DNA of 64,000 nucleotides, from positions 2,665,880-2,729,879 of the forward strand of contig CP064963.1 of NCBI GenBank assembly GCA_016699165.1, given 5' to 3'. Under the pieces are notes generated by a model. It did not search any database and was not told the origin of the DNA. It saw only the letters and a program-made list of their open reading frames with translations. This document shows, piece after piece, positions 57,563-64,000 of this stretch. How positions within the stretch are numbered: the stretch's first letter is position 1; every line of letters begins with the position of its first letter. A program made the position numbers and the translations under genes. Source of the DNA: Candidatus Melainabacteria bacterium. GTDB taxonomy: Bacteria; Cyanobacteriota; Vampirovibrionia; Obscuribacterales; Obscuribacteraceae.

Positions 57563-57600
57563 TTAAAAGCAAAAAGTACGAAAAGTATAAGAAGGTGCAA

Positions 57601-57625
57601 CCAGAACCCGAAGGCGGGGTTCTGG
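57601..57625 (-). terminator. Hairpin terminator candidate for 57721-58017
   Basis: CCAGAACCC-GAAGGC-GGGGTTCTGG. On the minus strand it is followed by the T-rich TTGCACCTTCTTATACTTTT. Confidence 0.4.
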
Positions 57626-57720
57626 CTGCGATTGGCAGATGGTCGCTTGTTAAGAGCGAACACATCTAAAGGTAACTAGCTATTGCCTTCGCTAATTTCC
57701 TTTGACGTCAGAGCTGACGA

Positions 57721-58017
57721 CTACTTCTTGTCGCCGGCGGGAGCCGCGGGAGAAGCGGGCTTCGGATCGGGACCCTTGGAGGGGGCCGACGCCGGAGCCG
57801 GGCCGGTCTCCTCGGACTCGATGCCGCTGGTGGCCTTGAGGCGGAACGTCCGCTGCTCGCCGTCGATGTCGGAGCTGCCTTCCATGGTGACGGAAGTCAG
57901 AGCCTTGCCCTTCGCCGCGTTGGCGTGGACTCGGGTGGTCTCCTTGTCGGCGGCAGCCTTCACGGTGTCGATACGGCCGGCGCGCTCGTCGTTCAGCTGC
58001 TGTTGGGTCTTAGCCAT
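57721..58017 (-). CDS. Small hypothetical protein (98 aa), G+C-rich, Pro/Ala-rich C-terminus
   Basis: AAGAAGGAC Shine-Dalgarno sequence before ATG 58017 (MAKTQQQLNDERAG...). Very G+C-rich compared with its flanks. Adjacent to the IS1380 element. Confidence 0.55.
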   Translation of the reverse strand: MAKTQQQLNDERAGRIDTVKAAADKETTRVHANAAKGKALTSVTMEGSSDIDGEQRTFRLKATSGIESEETGPAPASAPSKGPDPKPASPAAPAGDKK

Positions 58018-58325
58018 GGTGTTGTAGTCCTTCTTTGAGAGTCCCCACTTGGGAGGACGGTTTACTACTGAATCTTCTATCAACCTCACAACGCCCTTTC
58101 CGAATCCTTAGCCATACGTCTCGATACACAAGTCTCCAGAGGAAACTTGGTATTTAGCTTTTAACTGACGAGATGGATGTTTCGGGGTTTTGGTAGGAGG
58201 CTCGTTGTTTTGGTGGGTTGATGAAGATAATTCGACCTTATGCCTGTAAGTAGGGCGAAACAAAATTAAATGCCGTTAAAGATCGGGGTCGAGCGGATTA
58301 AATCCGACCTTAACTACTAGCGCAG

Positions 58326-58973
58326 CTAGGCTACTTCGCGGGCAGAATATGGTAAAAGCACACCCCTTACTGCGTTCTTGAACTTTTTGAAGCGCAGTCC
58401 GGTTGTGATCGTTTCATTATCGAGGCTGAACTGCAAAGGTGACTCGAACATCGAGCGAAGCAATTTAGCCGGCAATTCCAATTGCACACCACCAAGTGGA
58501 ACCTGGTTTGTGACATTGGTCAAATTGATGCCTTTGTAGACAGGCGGATCGGCATTGACCGAAAATCCAACCTTCTCAAGGCTTCTTGCAAGTCGTTCTT
58601 TCAAAGGACGATTGAGCCCACCTATATAGATGGACTCGTCGCCTTCGTCGAACATACAGTGCACTGAGATTGCCACTTGCGATTGTGCAAGCAAGGCGCT
58701 CAGTTTGCGATGACGAAACCGAGTCGAGGTGATGTGCAAGTCCAGCGGATTGGTCGTGACCAGACCCTGGAAGTCGAACAGATTGAACTGAGTTCCAGCT
58801 ATTGCAAGACCAAGCGCCGAGGTTCCAGGTTCGATAAATCCACCATGAGGGCTGATTATCGTAATTGGGCTCTTGCGGTCGATTGTGCGTATGCGGTAAC
58901 TAGTCCCTTCTTTATGTTCGGCTTGCATCATTGCCATCGACGGGTATTTGTCTTTTCCTGTCGTAGGTGACAT
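58326..58973 (-). CDS. Poly-gamma-glutamate hydrolase-like (DUF867/PghP) zinc hydrolase
   Basis: ISPHGGFIEPGTS (HGG-x-E-x-GT box), VAISVHCM and GGVQLELP match the PghP/YjqB family layout. Confidence 0.8.
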   Translation of the reverse strand: MSPTTGKDKYPSMAMMQAEHKEGTSYRIRTIDRKSPITIISPHGGFIEPGTSALGLAIAGTQFNLFDFQGLVTTNPLDLHITSTRFRHRKLSALLAQSQVAISVHCMFDEGDESIYIGGLNRPLKERLARSLEKVGFSVNADPPVYKGINLTNVTNQVPLGGVQLELPAKLLRSMFESPLQFSLDNETITTGLRFKKFKNAVRGVLLPYSAREVA

Positions 58974-59155
58974 GAAAGATTCTCCGTCTGGTGAGACAGT
59001 TTGCTAGAGAGAGCGGGAATTAGGTATTGGTTTTACTGTCGGTGGGTGATTCTTGTATGGAGAGATAAAAAAGTGCACCTTAAGATAGACTGCATCAAAA
59101 TTCCAGATCTACGCTTTACTACTTGTTCTTATAGAGATTGAATGCGATTTGGCCA

Positions 59156-60115
59156 CTATTGGTTAGCGCGATTAGCGCCACCTCTCAACAACACTTTCAC
59201 TGCGTCCAATTTACTTAGATCATCAAGCGAGCTATCTTTCAAAACTTGCTGAATTAAACCAACTCTTGCAGGACTCAAATCGAGTTTTATCACATCCTCG
59301 TCTTTGACCAGATCAAGACAACGTGCCCAGCCGCGCATTTCAGGATCGAACAATGCTCGGCCAATATCGCCGTCGTAAACCTGATTTACTTTAGCTACAA
59401 AACCTTGTGCCAGTGGGCCTGCAGTAGAAGTCGAATTAAGCTGAGCTGGCGAAGAAATAGGAGAAGAAATAGATTGAATGGGATGGTGACTGGATCGATT
59501 ACGCTTTGATACCACATTTGGTGCCAGAGGAGGCATCTGTCCAGGAGCTGTAATTGGTCCCATGTCCTGAGATGGCGAGTTAGAAATTTCACCTGAAATT
59601 GGTGTCCTGAGCGGATCGATAAAATAATTGGGTTGAGCAGGTGCAGAAGCTAAAGTATTTGGCGGCACTGAGTTTTGCCAGGTAGCATGCGTGTTTTGAT
59701 CAACTCCCATCGCTCCAGCACGCACCGGTCTTGTGCGTTGTCTTGGTTGATACCACGGCTCAGGATCGTAATAAGTCTCGGGAGCATAAGGATAGTTAGA
59801 CGGGTCCTGCATTGCATAATTCATAGTATTGCTGTAATTCTGGTAATTACCATAATTATAGTTATATGGTGACGCCAGTGTTCTTGTCGTAGCTCTATAC
59901 AAGCTATTTTGCAACGTATACAACGGATAAGAACTATAAGGTCCTCTGTTCATGAAAGAGAAACCAAAATAGGGAACAGCAGACAAAAGTCCTGGCACAA
60001 AGTTGCCATATCCGCCGGGATAAAAATAAGCCTGCGCCGAGCTATTCTGCCAAAAGAGGCAAAGGGTAAGCAGTATGGCTGATTTCTTTAGTTTTTTCAG
60101 ACCTGAGGCTTTCAT
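59156..60115 (-). CDS. Secreted protein with a Tyr/Asn/Pro/Gln-rich low-complexity region and a structured C-terminal domain
   Basis: Signal MKASGLKKLKKSAILLTLCLFWQNSSAQA. PYNYNYGNYQNYSNTMNYAMQDPSNYPYAPETYYDPEPWYQP. Confidence 0.65.
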   Translation of the reverse strand: MKASGLKKLKKSAILLTLCLFWQNSSAQAYFYPGGYGNFVPGLLSAVPYFGFSFMNRGPYSSYPLYTLQNSLYRATTRTLASPYNYNYGNYQNYSNTMNYAMQDPSNYPYAPETYYDPEPWYQPRQRTRPVRAGAMGVDQNTHATWQNSVPPNTLASAPAQPNYFIDPLRTPISGEISNSPSQDMGPITAPGQMPPLAPNVVSKRNRSSHHPIQSISSPISSPAQLNSTSTAGPLAQGFVAKVNQVYDGDIGRALFDPEMRGWARCLDLVKDEDVIKLDLSPARVGLIQQVLKDSSLDDLSKLDAVKVLLRGGANRANQ

Positions 60116-60119
60116 GCCT

Positions 60120-61244
60120 TTATTTTAGGGCCTGAACCTTATCTGTGACAGATTTTTTTTGGGCAACTATTTGTTTGAGTGCAAAAAGGGTCATTCCAAT
60201 TTCGCGCTCGAACATATAACCCATGTGGCCAACACGAAAGACTTTGTCTTTTAAATCGTCTTGAGCGTTAGCCACAATAATGTTGTATTTCTGCTTTAGC
60301 TCTTTGCGAATTTCAGGAACGGTGATGCCATCGGGCGGAACCAAGGCAGTTACACTTGGTGATGCCCATTCTTCTTTAACGAAAAGCCCAAAACCCATGT
60401 CTTTGGACTGGCTACGCAATAAATCGCGCAAGTGGAGATGGCGAGCAAAAATCTGATCTTTGCCTTCGCCTTTCATCATTTGAAGCGATTTTTGCAAAGC
60501 GCGCATCAATGAAACTGCCGGAGTAAAGGGAGTTGTTTGCTCAGCCTGAAATTTTCTATATTTACCAAGGTCGAAGTAAAAGCGAGGCGTGGTGCACTTT
60601 TCGTAAGCCTGCCAAGCTTCTTTTGATACATATAAGAGTGAAAGTCCAGGTGGAAGCATTAGCGCTTTTTGACTGCCAGTGAAGACCATGTCTAACTTCC
60701 ATTCATCAATAGGCAATTTAGTAGCGCCAAAACTTGTGACAGCGTCTACAAGAATAAGAGCACCAGCAGCTTTCACCACTTTTGCTATTTTCTCAAGGTC
60801 GTTTATCACTCCAGTGGAAGTTTCGTTGTGAGTGACTGTGACCGCTTTAAAAGACTGATCTTTCATTTTTTCAGCTACTGTATCAGCATCAATTGCTTCG
60901 CCGTTAGCGACGCGTAAACGCTCTACTTGAGCGCCAAAGGCTTCTGCAACTTTAGCGAAACGCTCACCAAAGGATCCGCAAACAAGACTCAAAACTTTGT
61001 CGCCTTTGTTTATAACATTGCAAATACTAGCTTCCATTGCCCCTGTTCCCGAGGCGGTGAAAAGCATTGGAGCTTCTTTGGTCTCACCTAGCCATTTTAA
61101 ATCTTCTAGCACTTGCTCAATACATTGGCTGAAATCTTCACTTCTGTGTCCAATTAACTGGCGAGCGCATTCTTGCAATATTTCGTCAGGCACAGGAGTA
61201 GGACCGGGGATCATCAAAAAAGTTTGGGCCCTGGTTGCTTCCAT
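60120..61244 (-). CDS. Class V PLP aminotransferase (serine-pyruvate/alanine-glyoxylate type)
   Basis: MIPGPTPVPDEIL N-terminus and PLP-Lys box FTGSQKALMLPPGLS. Confidence 0.9.
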   Translation of the reverse strand: MEATRAQTFLMIPGPTPVPDEILQECARQLIGHRSEDFSQCIEQVLEDLKWLGETKEAPMLFTASGTGAMEASICNVINKGDKVLSLVCGSFGERFAKVAEAFGAQVERLRVANGEAIDADTVAEKMKDQSFKAVTVTHNETSTGVINDLEKIAKVVKAAGALILVDAVTSFGATKLPIDEWKLDMVFTGSQKALMLPPGLSLLYVSKEAWQAYEKCTTPRFYFDLGKYRKFQAEQTTPFTPAVSLMRALQKSLQMMKGEGKDQIFARHLHLRDLLRSQSKDMGFGLFVKEEWASPSVTALVPPDGITVPEIRKELKQKYNIIVANAQDDLKDKVFRVGHMGYMFEREIGMTLFALKQIVAQKKSVTDKVQALK

Positions 61245-61258
61245 ATCTGTTCTCCTTT

Positions 61259-61648
61259 TTACTGCACGCCTGCTAAATGCGCCGGTTCCAAAATGGGAAA
61301 TTTTTGCTTGGTCTGGCTTACTTGATCAGCTTCGGGACCTTCAAAACATTCGACTGTTTTAATCACGTTGCGCTCGACTGTTATAAGCGCAATCTGTACT
61401 TGAGGATAACAGTCTTGCCAGGTCTGGCAGCGAATGTTGTCGCAATTGTAATAACCAACAGTCTTGATTACATCCGCGTCTAAAGGAATTGCGCTGGGGC
61501 GGCAATTTTCTCCTCCCCAGCGCAATTCGTCACCGATTTTGTAAGTGTGATGAGCAACCTGCCCTAATTTGAAACCAACGCCCGATACCACTTTTTCCTG
61601 GCATGCAGGGCATTCAATTCCGCCATAGAGTGTGTTAAACAGGTGCAA
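61259..61648 (-). CDS. Hypothetical Cys-containing protein (129 aa)
   Basis: Only a TTG start, overlapping the Leu-dehydrogenase stop by 14 nt. CPAC ... CDNIRC zinc-ribbon-like pairs. Weak ribosome-binding site. Confidence 0.45.
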   Translation of the reverse strand: MHLFNTLYGGIECPACQEKVVSGVGFKLGQVAHHTYKIGDELRWGGENCRPSAIPLDADVIKTVGYYNCDNIRCQTWQDCYPQVQIALITVERNVIKTVECFEGPEADQVSQTKQKFPILEPAHLAGVQ

Positions 61649-62720
61649 AGGCTCTATCTACCGACTTTTTTGCAGCCAGCTTCTGCTCAGCAAGGGCATC
61701 CGCGGCTTCGTGAGGTGGGATCGATTTGTTCTTGGATGTTTCCAGAACATCTAAGATTGTATCGTACACCTTGGTTACTTTTGATACGACTGCTTCTTTG
61801 TTGTAACCATCGAGTTCAGCTGCTACGTTAATCAAGCCGCCAGCGTTGATGGCGTAATCAGGAGCGTAAACAACACCTTTTTTGAACAACTCGATACCGT
61901 CTTCGTTTGCTTCCAACTGGTTGTTGGCGCTACCAGCTACGATTTTGCATTTGAGCATTGGAATTGTTCTGGAATTGAGAATGGCACCCAGAGCGCAAGG
62001 CGAGAAGATATCGCAATCGGTCGAGTAAATCTCGTCTGGAGCGACAACTGTAGCGCCAAATTGTTCTTGCACTTTTTTCAGTTGTTCTGGATAAATGTCT
62101 GTTACAACCAACTTGGCTCCAGCAGCTGAAAGATAGCTGCAGAGGTGATAGCCGACGTTACCTACACCCTGGACGGCAACTTTGACGCCTTCGAAGCTTT
62201 CGCCCATTCCGGCGAATTTCAAAGCGGCTTTCATACCGCGGAAAGTACCAAATGCAGTCATGTCTGAAGGATCGCCCGAACCGCCTTCGTTAGATCCACC
62301 AACAGCAGAGTCGCACACGGTGCGCATTGTGTCGATATCTTTGACAGTCATGCCGACGTCTTCAGCAGTTATGTAACGGCCGTTGAGTGACTGAACCGCT
62401 TTACCAAAAGCGAGTAAAAGTTTTTCGTTTTTGTCTGCTCTAGCGTCACCGATGATGACAGCTTTTCCGCCGCCTAATTTCAAACCGGCAACCGCAGCTT
62501 TGTAAGTCATACCGCGTGAAAGACGAAGAACATCTTTGAGCGCTTCTTGCTCACTTGCATATTTCCACATGCGGCAACCGCCAAGGGCAGGTCCCAACAC
62601 AGTGCTATGGATTCCAATAATGGCTTTAAGTCCGGTTTCCTTATCATGGAAAAAACAAACTTGTTCGTGCCCCAAAGTGCTCAAATCTTCAAAAATTCCG
62701 GTCATTGATGGAAACTCCAT
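61635..62720 (-). CDS. Leucine (Glu/Leu/Phe/Val-family) dehydrogenase
   Basis: GLKAIIGIHSTVLGPALGGCRMW, LSRGMTYKAAVAGLKLGGGKAVI (catalytic Lys box) and NAD fold VAVQGVGNVG. The start may be the ATG five codons in (62705). Confidence 0.9.
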   Translation of the reverse strand: MEFPSMTGIFEDLSTLGHEQVCFFHDKETGLKAIIGIHSTVLGPALGGCRMWKYASEQEALKDVLRLSRGMTYKAAVAGLKLGGGKAVIIGDARADKNEKLLLAFGKAVQSLNGRYITAEDVGMTVKDIDTMRTVCDSAVGGSNEGGSGDPSDMTAFGTFRGMKAALKFAGMGESFEGVKVAVQGVGNVGYHLCSYLSAAGAKLVVTDIYPEQLKKVQEQFGATVVAPDEIYSTDCDIFSPCALGAILNSRTIPMLKCKIVAGSANNQLEANEDGIELFKKGVVYAPDYAINAGGLINVAAELDGYNKEAVVSKVTKVYDTILDVLETSKNKSIPPHEAADALAEQKLAAKKSVDRAFAPV

Positions 62721-62857
62721 AAGTTGTTACCGAAACATTTTGACATCGAAATATATGCTCACTTGAAAATCGTTATCTTATCGCAACTTTCTTGTAGAGC
62801 ATGATCTAATGGGGCATTTGGAGCGTTAGTCCATAGCAAGGGCAGATTAAACTCGCT

Positions 62858-63628
62858 TTACTTATCTGACTTCTTTCTAGCCAAATAGAGAGTAGTTGCG
62901 TAAGACAGAGTAATCAAGCCATCTTTAGAGTGTTGAGCAAACACCTCTTTAATTTCGCTCTGAGCTTTTTTTAATTGCTCACCTTCGTGCGGCATATAAG
63001 AGGTTGAAAATGCACGACCGATTAAGGCATCCAGATCGAGTGACTGCGAATTAGTGAATTCAAAAACTCCGACCATCTCAAACAAATTACTCAAAATCAA
63101 ATCCTTGCCCGACGCTCCGCGCTTGAGCTCGATGGCAGGGTCATTGCTGTATTTAATAACGACATTTCCGTAAGCAGCGGTGGCTTCTATTTTATGATCG
63201 CGCTCATTCCATATAAGGGCGCAGTAACCGTCGTTTTTTAAAATTCGACTAAATTCAGCCAGCGATTCGTTGGAGCGAAACCAGTGAAAGGCCTGCGCGC
63301 ATAAAACTAAATTGGCACATGAATCTGGCAAACCAGTCGCCTCTGCGGTGCCTGAGCGATACTCTACAGTGCCACCACTTGTAGTATCGTTTTCTTTAGC
63401 CTGAGACAACATGTCCTCGTTTGGTTCCACCCCAATTACATGCACACCGGCGCGAGCGAAAAGGCGAGAAGAAATACCGGTTCCGCAGCCAACATCGGCG
63501 ATAGTCGAACCAGCCTTGAGTTGACCCGTCTCAAAAATGTAGTCAACAGCACTTTGGGGATAGCTTGGTCTTGATTTTGAATAAGATTGAGCCAGACCCG
63601 AAAAGCGTTCTGAAGTGGATTTTTTCAT
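62858..63628 (-). CDS. Class I SAM-dependent methyltransferase
   Basis: Motif I IADVGCGTGISSRLFA and post-I VIGVEPNEDML. ATG 63628 preferred over the longer track ORF. Confidence 0.85.
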   Translation of the reverse strand: MKKSTSERFSGLAQSYSKSRPSYPQSAVDYIFETGQLKAGSTIADVGCGTGISSRLFARAGVHVIGVEPNEDMLSQAKENDTTSGGTVEYRSGTAEATGLPDSCANLVLCAQAFHWFRSNESLAEFSRILKNDGYCALIWNERDHKIEATAAYGNVVIKYSNDPAIELKRGASGKDLILSNLFEMVGVFEFTNSQSLDLDALIGRAFSTSYMPHEGEQLKKAQSEIKEVFAQHSKDGLITLSYATTLYLARKKSDK

Positions 63629-63661
63629 AAAAACTGTTTTCCGAATTGCTAGACTATAAAT

Positions 63662-64000
63662 ATGGTGCAAATGGATTTCGACTATAAAGCCTTTGGCAAC
63701 GAAACAGCCCGCGAATGGCTGCGTACGTTGTTTCCATCGTCTACCGACGAGCACATAATACGTGCTTTTCTAGCAGTAGTCCAATCAGAATCTTTTGTAG
63801 ACGCTCAAGATGCAGAGCGCGCAGTGGCAGCAGCCGAAATGGTGGCGCTCTCGCATGGCTTAGGCGCTACCGATAACCCGCAAGAATGTGGCATGTGGGT
63901 GAGAAGAAACAATTACAAAGCTGCGCCTGAATTAGTAACAGCCGCTGTCGAAGTAATTGAGCGCATTTTTTCTAATTCTGAACTTAAAGAACTCTGGGAA
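63662..64000 (+). CDS. DUF4259-like protein (partial; continues beyond the right edge)
   Basis: Absent from the ORF track because there is no stop in the window. Open frame of 113 codons from ATG 63662. FGNETAREWL and AVAAAEMVALSHGLG resemble the DUF4259 pattern (FdND.a.DWl ... AAElVAa..G). Confidence 0.5.
   Translation, partial: MVQMDFDYKAFGNETAREWLRTLFPSSTDEHIIRAFLAVVQSESFVDAQDAERAVAAAEMVALSHGLGATDNPQECGMWVRRNNYKAAPELVTAAVEVIERIFSNSELKELWE

Noticed and set aside
1-64000. CRISPR arrays, and canonical defence, toxin-antitoxin, secretion-system or prophage gene sets
   Set aside because: I saw no regularly spaced direct repeats. I recognised no cas genes, nucleases, helicases, ATPases, integrases, or phage structural or secretion-apparatus genes. 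DUF360 and DUF867 are phage-associated families, but both are isolated here.

Overview
A 64-kb bacterial chromosomal window with about 75 protein-coding genes. I found no rRNA, tRNA or CRISPR array by eye. Two genes missing from the ORF track run off the edges: a partial M1 aminopeptidase N on the reverse strand at 1-1923, and a partial DUF4259-like gene at 63662-64000.

Recognisable genes:
- Housekeeping and metabolism: proS, xpt, rseP, btpA, leucine dehydrogenase, two aminotransferases, an HDAC-like deacetylase, a MocR regulator, an MFS exporter, a GNAT and a SAM methyltransferase.
- Peptidases, which are unusually dense: M1, protealysin-like M4, trypsin-like, rhomboid, two S41-type and M50.
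- One IS1380-family transposase.

Much of the rest has no function I can assign:
(i) Five dispersed paralogs of a roughly 400-470 aa secreted repeat protein.
(ii) A tandem array of five paralogous roughly 120-aa four-TM proteins (39139-41139), downstream of a GH15-like hydrolase.
(iii) A tight four-gene operon (49186-52406): metallophosphoesterase, HAD-like protein, degenerate metallophosphoesterase paralog with a Lys/Ala-rich tail, and a small protein.
(iv) Two operons that each contain a paralogous membrane-anchored EF-hand protein.
(v) A five-gene cluster of small membrane and Cys-rich proteins (36739-38914).

The window is compositionally mosaic. G+C-rich and A+T-rich genes alternate, and all long spacers are A+T-rich. 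Several spacers carry a recurring CTAGC-N3-GCTAG-type palindrome. A 60-nt terminator-like element occurs twice.

All calls rest on reading the sequence and recalling family motifs. No database search was possible. Taxon is not determinable from this window.
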